From a candidate division WWE3 bacterium RIFCSPHIGHO2_02_FULL_38_14 (GTDB taxonomy: Bacteria > Patescibacteriota > WWE3 > UBA101185 > UBA10185): 52,713 nucleotides of DNA. The position numbers were made by a program, and so were the translations under genes. Below the pieces are notes generated by a model. It was given only the letters and a program-made list of their open reading frames with translations. It was not told where the DNA came from and did not search any database. Below, in pieces: positions 9,196-19,326 of this stretch. Within the stretch, counting starts at the first letter, position 1. Each line of letters opens with the position of its first letter. The DNA is taken from NCBI GenBank assembly GCA_001772865.1, contig MEVD01000021.1, positions 1 through 52,713 on the forward strand, read 5' to 3'.

Positions 9196-9750
9196 TTAAT
9201 TGCCCGCAACTATCAGTCCGTTGGCATTCATGCCTACATATCTGCATGAAGTAGCTGAATCGCAAATATTTATACAGGTCATCCCGGTTAACTGACCCGC
9301 AGGACAAGCGGGGAGTCCTATAAAATTTGCATCCCCGTTTTCCATACTAAAAAAAAGACACCCCTGCGAACTATTTATTGTAATCGGACTGGTAAAGGGC
9401 TGGCTACTTCCCTGATTTGTATAAACTCCTCCGGGTGTGCAGCTTGTATTAAGTTCCGAAGAAAAATAAGTGTAAGAAGATGCGGGATTACTGGTAATAT
9501 TTATACCCCAGTAATTAGCTCCCGTACTGCTAGCTGTACCGGTTATTGCTTTATTCTGAACTCCTCTTAAATCGCTTAAAAGTATTTCCTGAGCCTGCCT
9601 TAAATTTTGATTTTTTATAAAACCGGAAAAACTTGGAATTAAAGCTCCCGTTAAAATAGAAACAATAACAACTACTATCAATAATTCTATAAGTGTAAAA
9701 CCATTAACTATATTTCTGTTATTTGCTGCAATTGGGGCAGAAATACTCAT
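9196..9750 (-). CDS. FimT/FimU (GspH)-like minor pilin
   Basis: G|FTLIELL; [14 protein letters not shown]; Cys-rich C-terminus. Confidence 0.8.
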   Translation of the reverse strand: MSISAPIAANNRNIVNGFTLIELLIVVVIVSILTGALIPSFSGFIKNQNLRQAQEILLSDLRGVQNKAITGTASSTGANYWGINITSNPASSYTYFSSELNTSCTPGGVYTNQGSSQPFTSPITINSSQGCLFFSMENGDANFIGLPACPAGQLTGMTCINICDSATSCRYVGMNANGLIVAGN

Positions 9751-9767
9751 GGATAAATTTTAGCATA

Positions 9768-10283
9768 CTAAATAATATTTAAATTATTACCTATTTCATA
9801 AACTTCCGTGTCGTTGCCACCGTCATCAGTAGAATATTCCGTTAAAATTTCCAGCCTTACATTTAACTCATAACCGTTGTCGTTGTGCATAAATGAGTAG
9901 AAATATGAGCTGTCATTCAGTGGATCGATAGGTAATTTTGTTATATTTGCAGACAAATCAGCGTCAATCCACCCCTGCTGCGGATTTTCCAAAGGACCGG
10001 AATTACCAGCCGGTAGTGTAGTACTGGTTCTTAAGGTGTTTGCAGCACCAGGATAAACTCCGTTATTAAGAAGATATTCATTTATTGCTCTGTCCAAATG
10101 TTCAGCTTCCGCCAACCTTTTATTATCCCTGGCTTTGGCGTTTTGACCTGAAGGATTAAAATGACCGAGGATAAAACCCGAAAGCAATATAGCTATAGTG
10201 GCTACAATAATTAATTCAATTAATGTGACTCCCTTAGAATTATAATTTTGTGGAAATTCAAACTTTAAAACCGAAGTTTTCAT
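9768..10283 (-). CDS. Type IV pilin-like protein, paralog of 20379-20879
   Basis: KG|VTLIELI; KARDNKR; LPIDP; DGGND..YEIG; ATG 10283 overlaps upstream TGA. Confidence 0.85.
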   Translation of the reverse strand: MKTSVLKFEFPQNYNSKGVTLIELIIVATIAILLSGFILGHFNPSGQNAKARDNKRLAEAEHLDRAINEYLLNNGVYPGAANTLRTSTTLPAGNSGPLENPQQGWIDADLSANITKLPIDPLNDSSYFYSFMHNDNGYELNVRLEILTEYSTDDGGNDTEVYEIGNNLNII

Positions 10284-10837
10284 GGATTTTGAACACCATA
10301 ACAATAAACAGTTGCAGGAATAGCTCCGCAGGTAACCGAACTCCAATTGCTCAACGTGCTGCACAAACTCTCATTATCCGAAGTATCTACCTGCATTCTA
10401 GCTGTTAAAACGTATCTCGAAGCCAGACAGGGAGTTCCCGAACAAGCCGTAGTTCTGTATGAGTAATAAGTATTAGTGTTGTTTACGCAAGGGTTAGTAC
10501 TAGTTACATCTCCCGAAGGATCCCTAGGCAATACACCAATATAGTTTGGTACTACCGCAGTTGATAAAACCGTACCAGTGGCGGTGGCATTTACCCATGT
10601 AGTTGTACCCGGATATCCCCGAAAATCTGTAAAATAATTTTCCAAAGCCAGTTGTATCTTTTTTAAATCTCCTTTTCTTGTACCATCGTTGGTTTTAGCT
10701 CTAATACCTTGAGGGTTTATAACCGTGATAGCAACACCTGCTAAAATTCCCATGATTACAATCACAATTAATAGTTCTACTAGAGTAAACCCTTTATTGT
10801 ATTGAATTAAAATGTATTTTTTATACAAATTTTGCAT
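10280..10837 (-). CDS. Type IV pilin / GspG-like protein
   Basis: KG|FTLVELL; RKGDLKKIQLALENY; LPRDP; start moved to ATG 10837. Confidence 0.88.
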   Translation of the reverse strand: MQNLYKKYILIQYNKGFTLVELLIVIVIMGILAGVAITVINPQGIRAKTNDGTRKGDLKKIQLALENYFTDFRGYPGTTTWVNATATGTVLSTAVVPNYIGVLPRDPSGDVTSTNPCVNNTNTYYSYRTTACSGTPCLASRYVLTARMQVDTSDNESLCSTLSNWSSVTCGAIPATVYCYGVQNP

Positions 10838-10841
10838 AACA

Positions 10842-11432
10842 CTACAGAATACAATCTGTTTCGTCAATTTGAACGCATTCCGTCAAATCATTTCCCCAAA
10901 ATGCAGGATCACACGGAAACATGCAATTCTTAACAACCTTACCCGTGCAAATCGGATCTCCGCCAACATAACCAGGGTGGTGCGGATTAATATATTTTAA
11001 ATATTTGCTGGAATTTGTAGCCATATTAATTGATACACAACTAACAGTCACTGTTCCCTCTGTAATTGGATAATATAAATACGTGCCGTAAAACTCGGTA
11101 TTCTGAACCGGCCAAACACCAACATAATTTAGTAACGTAGTTCTATTAGGTCCCGGGGATACTCCGGTTCCCAAAGGATTACCGGACGGATAAACCGATC
11201 CTGGATAAAAACCTTCGGCAACATAAAAAGCGTCTATAATCTGCCCCAATTTTGAGACAGTAGCTTGTCTGACGGAATCCTCCGCTCTGGCTTTCTGTTG
11301 ACGTGTATTCATAATACTCATAGTAAACGCCGCCAAAATACCAAGAATGCTTATAACAATCAATAGTTCAACTAATGTGAATCCCTTTTTAAAAGCTATT
11401 AAATTATTTCCAATTGAAAATTCCATATTCAC
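10842..11432 (-). CDS. Type IV pilin-like protein with Cys-rich C-terminus
   Basis: KKG|FTLVELL; KARAEDSVR. Confidence 0.87.
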   Translation of the reverse strand: MNMEFSIGNNLIAFKKGFTLVELLIVISILGILAAFTMSIMNTRQQKARAEDSVRQATVSKLGQIIDAFYVAEGFYPGSVYPSGNPLGTGVSPGPNRTTLLNYVGVWPVQNTEFYGTYLYYPITEGTVTVSCVSINMATNSSKYLKYINPHHPGYVGGDPICTGKVVKNCMFPCDPAFWGNDLTECVQIDETDCIL

Positions 11433-11483
11433 TATTTTAATTCAAACGAAGCAGTTTCACCTGGAATCAATATTATTTTAAAT

Positions 11484-11512
11484 GTGGCCTTTTCCCCTCA
11501 GAATAAGGCCAC
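11484..11512 (-). terminator. Stem-loop after candidate major pilin
   Basis: GTGGCCTT-N13-AAGGCCAC. Confidence 0.5.
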
Positions 11513-11532
11513 CTGATTATCAAGTAAGAACT

Positions 11533-12156
11533 TTAAACCCGATCACACGTAGGGGAGCTCGGACTCGTTGCAATAGCAAAGGTTGTTGGGCATGCCCAAA
11601 ATCCTTCAATTATTGCGCCTGTTGCTGACTCTTCAAAAGAATATACAAATAATCTTTCGGGAGTTGCAAATCCTCTGACTCCAATTCGGAATAGAGTGGG
11701 CGATTTGTAATAAACAAAACTACATTGAGCACCAGGTGCTGCTACTCCATTATAATTTGTTGCATCACAGTTTGTAGGAGTATCCAGCGCTGTAACTCTA
11801 AATAAACAAGATCCTGTTACTCCAGGTCCACCGACATTATCATCACAATCGCTATTTGCTACATCAAGGGTACCAACCGAACCCGCAAACTCCTGATATG
11901 TAGGAGCTCTTTGAGTATTTCTTGGGGATGACACAAAGAGTGATTTACCTGCTAAAGCTGCCTTGCTGATAGCAGACCTTAATGTACCATCTCTGGCTCT
12001 ATTTTGCTGCTGTACAGGATTTAATACACCAATAACTACACCAGCAAGAATACCTATAATAACTATAACGATTAAAAGTTCCACAAGTGTGAAACCACCG
12101 TCATTGGGACCCAAAAAAGTCCTCATTTTTCTCAATGATTTCATTGAATTAAACAT
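11533..12156 (-). CDS. Type IV pilin, candidate major pilin
   Basis: GG|FTLVELL; LNPVQQQNRARD; six Cys; strong SD AAAGGAGGTG before ATG 12156. Confidence 0.88.
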   Translation of the reverse strand: MFNSMKSLRKMRTFLGPNDGGFTLVELLIVIVIIGILAGVVIGVLNPVQQQNRARDGTLRSAISKAALAGKSLFVSSPRNTQRAPTYQEFAGSVGTLDVANSDCDDNVGGPGVTGSCLFRVTALDTPTNCDATNYNGVAAPGAQCSFVYYKSPTLFRIGVRGFATPERLFVYSFEESATGAIIEGFWACPTTFAIATSPSSPTCDRV

Positions 12157-12308
12157 AGTCTGCACCTCCTTTCTAGTTATATTTTTTAATTTACTTTTAT
12201 GATTTTCTACCATGATACTATGGGCAGATACTGATATGTATCATGCAAAACTTCCTTTATTAAGTATGAGTTTATCTAAACTTTGTGTCAAGATTGTAAA
12301 ATAGTTTA

Positions 12309-14669
12309 TTAATTCAGCCACTCCCAATTTATATCAACAATTGATATGCCCGTATAATTTGGCACATCCATACTTGACCTCTCCTGCCTGGTAAGTCTGT
12401 ATATGTATTGGCTGTTATATACATGTACGTTTGTAGGATAAATTTCACTATTGACGTTTCCTATATTTCTTTGCATATCTACCCTTTTGGTAATTACCGG
12501 TCCTTCAACCACAACAGAAATATCAGTTGAGCCGTTAGTTAAATACTTAATTACATTATTTGCTCCAGGCGCAGTGGTTATTAATCCCGCTTGTATATGG
12601 GGTAGGGTACCGGTAGTCGGAGCTCCGATCCCTATAGATGGTGATATTTCAATAGGAGCGGCCGTACTTACAATATAAATCCTTTCATCTGCCGCCGAAG
12701 ATGTTATCCTTCCGTTAATTTTTAATGGAGTTGTTTCTGTGTAATACAAAACTGCAGTACCTGGACCTGATAAATTATATGTGGTTCCAGCCGAATCAAA
12801 TAAGTCGGACTTCATTATTCTATAAACCCTAACCGAACCCGGATTTATTGAGTTCAAGGAACTTTTATCATTTATTTGCGTAACCAACCCATGCGAGGGT
12901 AATCTTAAACTTAAATATTCCGAAGGCCACATTTTATCGGCTGCAAAAGGCATTCTCATTGCAAATCCTCCTTTGGTTTCCGAAGGCAGTCCGCTCATTT
13001 GTTTGTATATTCTGCCTGATCTTCCTACCGCATTTATATTTAACGATCCGTTCATCGCTGTAAACGCATAACTCATTTCACCGTTAGCCGATACAGCCGC
13101 CCAATCACCTAAATATCCGGCAAAAGTGCTGGGGGAAAGCGGGGGAGCGGGAACTGACTGTATTATTCCGTTTCCGCCATAAACATCGCTGTACAATGAA
13201 GTAAACCAGGGATTCTGAGCTACCAGGCGTAGGCCGACATGTGAAGTTTTATTCGAGGTCATGTTTAATGAATTTGATAACTGATAGCATCCTACCCAAG
13301 GGTAGGCATTTTCGCCGTTCACACATGATAATCTATATTCACCTGTGGGTGGGGGATTAATTGAAACACACATGTCTAATATAATAGTGCCATAAGGAAT
13401 TCCTTTTATAGCGAAATTTCCGTCAGCTTGAACACTGCCATAATAAAATGCACCGCTGTTAGATCTGGCGCTTACTGTAGCGTTGCTGTTTAAAATTGCA
13501 GGAGAATTTGCAGAACAGACACCAACATTAGGTGCGTTATATAGTACTCCGCTGATAGAAAGTGTGGGTCTGACGTAGACTATAATTGTTGCTGACCCTC
13601 CCGTTGCACCCGCCTGATCAACTGCTTCAGAACTAAAATATAAATTCCGTCCTGTTCCTCCGCTAAGTCCGTTTGTATTAAAATCGATATTAGAAAGACT
13701 TAATGAGGAACACAATCCGGAGCAAGTTGTGCTTCTAATAGTCGTAATCGGAATAGACGGACTTCCATCCCCAAAATACCGCAAATGCAGAGAACTCAAA
13801 TTGCTATTAGCGTCTGACGCCGTCGAGTTAAATCTTAATAAGTCACCGTCATTTATGTAATTCATACCAGGGGTTACTAATACAACATTTGGAGGAGGAG
13901 AGACCTTTTGTCCATTTATTGTAGCTGTAGGAGCCACATTGGGGTTTGTGCAATTAATTATTTTAGAAGTAGAACCGCAGTTCCCTCCACTGCCGCAAAG
14001 TTCAGCATTGCCGCTTCCTACAACCGCACCTGTCGAATTTATATTAATGCCATAGGCTCTGATTTCATGGTTATTACCGTCCTTCAAACTTAATGGAGTG
14101 GGAAACCCGTTAAATCTATGAAAACATTGGGGGTAAGTGGATTGATCAAGAGGTGTTGATCCATCACCGCAAACCGAACAACTGGCGCTTGAACCACAAA
14201 CTCCCGCTTCACTCCTTGTATTCGCATTTGTCCCGCCAACAAAAACCCCATCGGCGTAGAAGTGTACATCAATAGGAACATTTATATTATCATCATCTCT
14301 CGCCCAGCCATAAAAAGCATTACAATCAACAGGGTCCAGCCAGCCTACAGGAGAGCTCCCCGAAGGAACTGGGTCTCCGCACGGCTGACAGCTACCCCAG
14401 GCATGACTGCCGCCGCAGTCGTCATCACTATCACATGCTGTGCCTCCGCAATTACAATAACCGCGCCCTGTATCACAATAATTGTCATAATTGTTATTGC
14501 ATAAGAAGCAGTATCCTTCCTGTGCACAAGTACGACTGGGACATTCATTGTTGCAGAACTGTTCTGCATAAACATAATTGCCTTCAAAAACGTTATATAC
14601 AAAATAAAAAGACAACGAAAAAACAATTACCAGTAATGATTTATAAATAAATTTCCCGCTCATTTTCAT
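12309..14669 (-). CDS. Large secreted Cys-rich protein (candidate pilus adhesin, copy B)
   Basis: Signal peptide (VYA|EQ), 12-Cys N-terminal domain, PVGWLD..C..F.GWA.D Ig-like module, PWFTSLYSD C-terminal domain; paralog of 16459-18729. Confidence 0.8.
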   Translation of the reverse strand: MKMSGKFIYKSLLVIVFSLSFYFVYNVFEGNYVYAEQFCNNECPSRTCAQEGYCFLCNNNYDNYCDTGRGYCNCGGTACDSDDDCGGSHAWGSCQPCGDPVPSGSSPVGWLDPVDCNAFYGWARDDDNINVPIDVHFYADGVFVGGTNANTRSEAGVCGSSASCSVCGDGSTPLDQSTYPQCFHRFNGFPTPLSLKDGNNHEIRAYGININSTGAVVGSGNAELCGSGGNCGSTSKIINCTNPNVAPTATINGQKVSPPPNVVLVTPGMNYINDGDLLRFNSTASDANSNLSSLHLRYFGDGSPSIPITTIRSTTCSGLCSSLSLSNIDFNTNGLSGGTGRNLYFSSEAVDQAGATGGSATIIVYVRPTLSISGVLYNAPNVGVCSANSPAILNSNATVSARSNSGAFYYGSVQADGNFAIKGIPYGTIILDMCVSINPPPTGEYRLSCVNGENAYPWVGCYQLSNSLNMTSNKTSHVGLRLVAQNPWFTSLYSDVYGGNGIIQSVPAPPLSPSTFAGYLGDWAAVSANGEMSYAFTAMNGSLNINAVGRSGRIYKQMSGLPSETKGGFAMRMPFAADKMWPSEYLSLRLPSHGLVTQINDKSSLNSINPGSVRVYRIMKSDLFDSAGTTYNLSGPGTAVLYYTETTPLKINGRITSSAADERIYIVSTAAPIEISPSIGIGAPTTGTLPHIQAGLITTAPGANNVIKYLTNGSTDISVVVEGPVITKRVDMQRNIGNVNSEIYPTNVHVYNSQYIYRLTRQERSSMDVPNYTGISIVDINWEWLN

Positions 14670-14682
14670 ATTAATTATATAT

Positions 14683-15450
14683 TTAATTCCCGTTCACAAC
14701 CAAAATAAACTTAATATCCAATGGATTATGATAAGAAGGGACAGATTCTCCTTTAAAATTTATCGGATTTTTTTTGGCAGATCTGTCAATTACATAATTT
14801 ACAGAGTCTCCGATATTTACATCTTTTAGATATATCGGAGTTAATAATTTGTTCTGATCATATTTAAATAATGAGATTTTTCTCGGATAATACAATATTC
14901 CAAATTCCTCACCAGTATCATCCGACAAAAGCAAAAAATCTGTTTCTTCATTAATCGGACCTAAATCCATCACTATGGCTTTTTCAAATTCCAATACTCC
15001 GGAAAAAAGCGCTGAACCTTTGCATTCTTCGAAACCGGCATAATATGTTTTACTTATTTCAAATCTACCAGAAAGAGGCTTGAAATTGAAAAAATCCGGT
15101 ATAAACGCTGTTTCGCCATTAACAGTAATTTTCCAAAGATTATTTTCTTTTGTTGGTGAACCGGTAATTTTAAATAAATAATCCGAATATTTGCAATTAT
15201 CATTATCTACTTTTCTTAGGGCAATCTTTTGGTCTTCAAACTTCCCCCTAAATTCCTGGGTAGAATTTAAAATTTCTCCGGTTGTCAAATCTTCAAAAAC
15301 ACTGCCTTCTGCATCTTCAACGCTTTTATCATTAAATTTATTTTCAAGACCGTACTTTCCGGGATTTAAATACAGATACAAAACACCAAATAATATTAGA
15401 GGAACAAACAAAACAATTAAAATTATTGAAATTGGGCGGAATTTAACCAT
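14683..15450 (-). CDS. Single-TM exported hypothetical protein
   Basis: N-terminal hydrophobic anchor; C-terminus resembles 18736-19239. Confidence 0.7.
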   Translation of the reverse strand: MVKFRPISIILIVLFVPLILFGVLYLYLNPGKYGLENKFNDKSVEDAEGSVFEDLTTGEILNSTQEFRGKFEDQKIALRKVDNDNCKYSDYLFKITGSPTKENNLWKITVNGETAFIPDFFNFKPLSGRFEISKTYYAGFEECKGSALFSGVLEFEKAIVMDLGPINEETDFLLLSDDTGEEFGILYYPRKISLFKYDQNKLLTPIYLKDVNIGDSVNYVIDRSAKKNPINFKGESVPSYHNPLDIKFILVVNGN

Positions 15451-15501
15451 AGTAACTTACCATTTGATCAATCAATTCCTTTAATAACTCTTAATTAACA
15501 T

Positions 15502-16443
15502 TTATAACGCTGCTTCGGAATACAAACCAAAATCAAACACAACCGGTAAATAGGGGAGTGATCTGTATGCCAGAACTTGCGCAGTAGCTGTAACAGAAAC
15601 ATCACTTATGGATGACAACATACCGGTAGAATCTATTTTGTAACCTTGGATCGGAAACAAGGATACATTTGTTGTCGGCATAACTCTCATTTTTACATTT
15701 GTATTTAAAGATCTAATTCTTAAACCGTAAGGAGTTCTACCCAGGCTGGTATCAAGTGTAACAGTTCTTGTAAAACGATATCCCAACGCTGAACAGTTTG
15801 CTGGGGCACTGCTGGCATCCACAAAAGTCAGTGATTCCACATATGTCCCACTTCGAGTGCCTGCTCTCACACCTTGTTTAACATAAACACCTTGTGCGCC
15901 GTAATCTATATAATACAAGTCAACCGGAGTATTCCCGCCGTTATCTGGATCGGCTCTCCAGCATAATTGAAGAGACATAGCTCCCGCACCCTCAGTATTT
16001 ATTTCTCTTACTTCACCTGAGGGAATTACTGTTTCAAAAGCAAGATTATCGGCACTGTTATATTTAAATGTGGAAACTCTCACAATTGCTTCAGCTCTGA
16101 TATTATCTCCGGTGGTCGGGTTAAAAGCTACTTTGCAACCGTCCTTTCCGCCGGCTTGAGTGTCATCATAAAACGTTGTATTCGGCGGGCAGTCGGTATT
16201 TGAAAGAGGAGCGCTTGCTCTTTCCAATTGGGCTCTGGATAAAGTCAGAAATCTTTCAGCCCCTCCTTCGGCAGCGCCTAAAACTCTGGAAGAAGTATCG
16301 GTTCGGGATACCCTTGAAGAAGATGTTAATTCTCTCAGCGAAACTCCTACACCTAAAGCCAGTGCTATGGTCAAAGCAACCACCACAAAAAGAAGCGCCT
16401 GACCTTTTTGATTTAAATTATGAAGCAACTCTATTTTCAACAT
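15502..16443 (-). CDS. PilX-like minor pilin (copy 1)
   Basis: KG|QALLFVV; SSRVLGAAEGGAERFL; C-terminal LP..FD; paralog of 7263-8066. Confidence 0.75.
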   Translation of the reverse strand: MLKIELLHNLNQKGQALLFVVVALTIALALGVGVSLRELTSSSRVSRTDTSSRVLGAAEGGAERFLTLSRAQLERASAPLSNTDCPPNTTFYDDTQAGGKDGCKVAFNPTTGDNIRAEAIVRVSTFKYNSADNLAFETVIPSGEVREINTEGAGAMSLQLCWRADPDNGGNTPVDLYYIDYGAQGVYVKQGVRAGTRSGTYVESLTFVDASSAPANCSALGYRFTRTVTLDTSLGRTPYGLRIRSLNTNVKMRVMPTTNVSLFPIQGYKIDSTGMLSSISDVSVTATAQVLAYRSLPYLPVVFDFGLYSEAAL

Positions 16444-16458
16444 TTTAATTATCTATAT

Positions 16459-18729
16459 TTATTGTACGACACCGTAACTAACATCTACAACACTTAATCC
16501 GGTATAATTCGGTACATCTCCGCTGTTCCTCTCCATTTGGGTCAGCCTGTACAAATAATTATAGTTATATAAATGTACATTTACGGGATATTGCTGATTT
16601 CTCAAAGTTCCTAAATTTCTTCTCATTTCAACTGTTTTTGATACAACCGGTCCTTCAGCTATTATTGATAAATCATTAGAGGCGTTAGTTGATAAGTATG
16701 AAATTCTATTATTTCCCCCCGAGGCAGTTGTTATCATTCCTGCCTGAATGTAAGCTGCCAGACCATTTGATGGAGAAATAGTGCCTACGGAGGATGCTAT
16801 CTCAATTGGTGCAGAAGTGCTGACTATAAACAACCTTTCGTTTGTAGCACCAGTAGTGTGTCTTACTAATCCGTTAATAGTTAAAGTTGATGACCCAGTA
16901 TAATATAAAACCGCCACTCCGGTACCGGTTAAGTCATATGATGTCCCCGCTGCGTCAAAAAAATTGGAATTTGAAAACCTGTAAACCCTCACAGTACCGG
17001 GATTAATTGAATTCAATTCAGACTTACTAGTTAACGTAGTAACCAAACCGTGGGTAGGTACAGCTAAACCTACATATGTAGACGGCCACATCTTATCAAC
17101 AGCGATCGGCATTCTCATCGCAAATCCACCTCGGGTCTCTAAAGCTGTTCCGCTCATTAGTCTGTATACCCTTCCTGATCTTCCCACCGCATTTATATTC
17201 AATGTTCCATTCAACGAAGTGAATGCGTAACTCCTTTCGCCATTTGCTGATGCTGCTGCCCAGTCTCCCAAATACCCCGTAAATGTAGTGGGTTGTACAG
17301 GGGGATTGGGAACTGTCTCGCTTATTCCGTTCCCTCCGTATATATCCGAATAAAGAGAGGTGAACCATGGCTCTTGAGTTTCGATCTTCAATCCTACATT
17401 TAACGTCCTGTTCGATGTCATGTTGGTAATTTGAGTGTTTAACGTATGGCACGACGGACTGGGATAAGCATTCTCCGTACCTCCATTGACTACACAATTC
17501 AACCTATAGACACCCGTCGGAGGGGCTGGAGGATTTACACAGATTGTTTTAACATTGCTCCCATACCTTAAACTAAAAGAATAATTTCCACCGCCGTCAG
17601 TATTTGTAGAAGGATATGCTTGATTCAACTCGTTATATATAGTAACTGTTGCATTTCCAATAAGTGAAGTAGCAGAACACGAACCTATCAGCGGGGCTTC
17701 ATATATTACTCCGCTTAAAATTACTTTCGGTCTTACATAAACTTGTATAACGCCGCTGGCAGCTGTTAAACCGGCCTGATCGGTAGCATATGAATAAAAA
17801 TAAAGATTTTTACCCCCATAAGAATTAGTATTAAAGTCGTAAGAACCGTTCAATGAACCGCACACTCCTGTACAGCTTCGCGCAGGAACTATTAGATCTC
17901 TCGCGGCTACCCCGTCACCCCAGTTAATTAAACGCAAATTAGATAAATTGTTATTTGAATCGGTTGCCCCGACTCCAAATCTTAACATGTCGCCTTCGTA
18001 TACAGTAGTTAATGTATTTTGCGGAAGATTTAGAGCAGGAGAACTTGAAATGTCAGTTCCGGTTATGTAAGCGACAGGCGGATTATTTACTGGAGCACAA
18101 GTTATTGTTTTTGGTGTTCCGTTTAATTGCTGATTCCTACCAGTTCGACCAGAGTCTGTTTCCGTATTGTTATTTCTTATATTATAAGCCCATACAGTTA
18201 TTGAGTGAGACGCACCATTTTTGAGATACTCCGGTACAGAAAAATAAAATCCGTGCAAACACCCCGCGGCAGAACTTGGACATGTGTAACAATTGTTACC
18301 AGCTACAGCGTCACACACAGCTTGCTCCCTTGGACGATTTGCAAGTATTTTACTTCCTGGTATTAAAACATTATCGGCATAAAATTCTACATTAATTTGC
18401 GAATCACCAGTATCTTGATCACCAGCCCAACCTTGGAAGGCCGTACAGTTAGCTACATCTAACCATCCGGTCGGAAGCCAATTATCTTTTGCTCCTCCAC
18501 CACAGAAATTATAACTCAAGCACCTATAAGTACCCGAAGGCCCGTCGCACCCGATTTTCCCAGGCTGTTGATCGCAGTAACAGCAGTTAACACCATTAGC
18601 ACAGCACTGCCCATCCGGAGTATAACAACCTGTTGGATCACCTCCGCATTGCGCATACAAATTTTTAGCACCACTCAAAATTATAAGTGAAAAAAACAAT
18701 ACATAAATGTAGACAGTTATTTTACGCAT
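16459..18729 (-). CDS. Large secreted Cys-rich protein (candidate pilus adhesin, copy A)
   Basis: Signal peptide (LYA|QC), 10-Cys N-terminal domain, PTGWLD..C..F.GWA.D module, PWFTSLYSD domain. Confidence 0.8.
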   Translation of the reverse strand: MRKITVYIYVLFFSLIILSGAKNLYAQCGGDPTGCYTPDGQCCANGVNCCYCDQQPGKIGCDGPSGTYRCLSYNFCGGGAKDNWLPTGWLDVANCTAFQGWAGDQDTGDSQINVEFYADNVLIPGSKILANRPREQAVCDAVAGNNCYTCPSSAAGCLHGFYFSVPEYLKNGASHSITVWAYNIRNNNTETDSGRTGRNQQLNGTPKTITCAPVNNPPVAYITGTDISSSPALNLPQNTLTTVYEGDMLRFGVGATDSNNNLSNLRLINWGDGVAARDLIVPARSCTGVCGSLNGSYDFNTNSYGGKNLYFYSYATDQAGLTAASGVIQVYVRPKVILSGVIYEAPLIGSCSATSLIGNATVTIYNELNQAYPSTNTDGGGNYSFSLRYGSNVKTICVNPPAPPTGVYRLNCVVNGGTENAYPSPSCHTLNTQITNMTSNRTLNVGLKIETQEPWFTSLYSDIYGGNGISETVPNPPVQPTTFTGYLGDWAAASANGERSYAFTSLNGTLNINAVGRSGRVYRLMSGTALETRGGFAMRMPIAVDKMWPSTYVGLAVPTHGLVTTLTSKSELNSINPGTVRVYRFSNSNFFDAAGTSYDLTGTGVAVLYYTGSSTLTINGLVRHTTGATNERLFIVSTSAPIEIASSVGTISPSNGLAAYIQAGMITTASGGNNRISYLSTNASNDLSIIAEGPVVSKTVEMRRNLGTLRNQQYPVNVHLYNYNYLYRLTQMERNSGDVPNYTGLSVVDVSYGVVQ

Positions 18730-18735
18730 TACAAA

Positions 18736-19239
18736 TTATTCTAAAATCCTGAAAACCACTTTATTATCATTACTATTATAATCAAAAAAAACTGTAACCG
18801 TCATGTCTTTTTTAATTTCTGAAAAATCTGCTATTTCCAACGGATCGTTCAAATCCTTTTTATACTTATAAAAACTGAAATTTATAGAAGTATCAACAAT
18901 CAAAGGTGATTCATTTTTCATTTTCAGTGAAATCGATTTTCCCTGAATATCCAAAACCGTAGAAGTAATAGCCGATAATACCTGGTTTCCATCCTTGTCC
19001 TTAGTGTATGAAGTAAAATATTTATAATCTACTATTTCCGGACTTTTTTCTTTTACATTTCCAAAAACCGAATCATCTTTTTCATTCTTTTCCGGGGTTT
19101 GCTTGGTAACTACTTTATTGGTATTTTGCAAATATAAAAGCAATGCAAATAGAACTACAGATATAGGAATAAGAAGAAGAAAAAACTTTAATTTCCTTCT
19201 TCCGTTGGAAAGGTTGAGGCTAGTTATACTTTCATCCAT
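18736..19239 (-). CDS. Single-TM exported hypothetical protein
   Basis: RRKLK + hydrophobic helix; beta-rich C-terminus DFSEIKKDMTVTV. Confidence 0.7.
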   Translation of the reverse strand: MDESITSLNLSNGRRKLKFFLLLIPISVVLFALLLYLQNTNKVVTKQTPEKNEKDDSVFGNVKEKSPEIVDYKYFTSYTKDKDGNQVLSAITSTVLDIQGKSISLKMKNESPLIVDTSINFSFYKYKKDLNDPLEIADFSEIKKDMTVTVFFDYNSNDNKVVFRILE

Positions 19240-19326
19240 ACAGTTTTCTCTTCGAGATCAATTCTAAACTTTATGCTTTTCAAGTCAATAGAACACATTA
19301 TTTAAAAATGGTGTCAATATTGCCGG

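Noticed and set aside
12309-18729. Diversity-generating retroelement or shufflon acting on adhesins or pilins
   Set aside because: No reverse transcriptase or invertase, and paralog DNA differs at all base types rather than only adenines; no near-identical repeats seen
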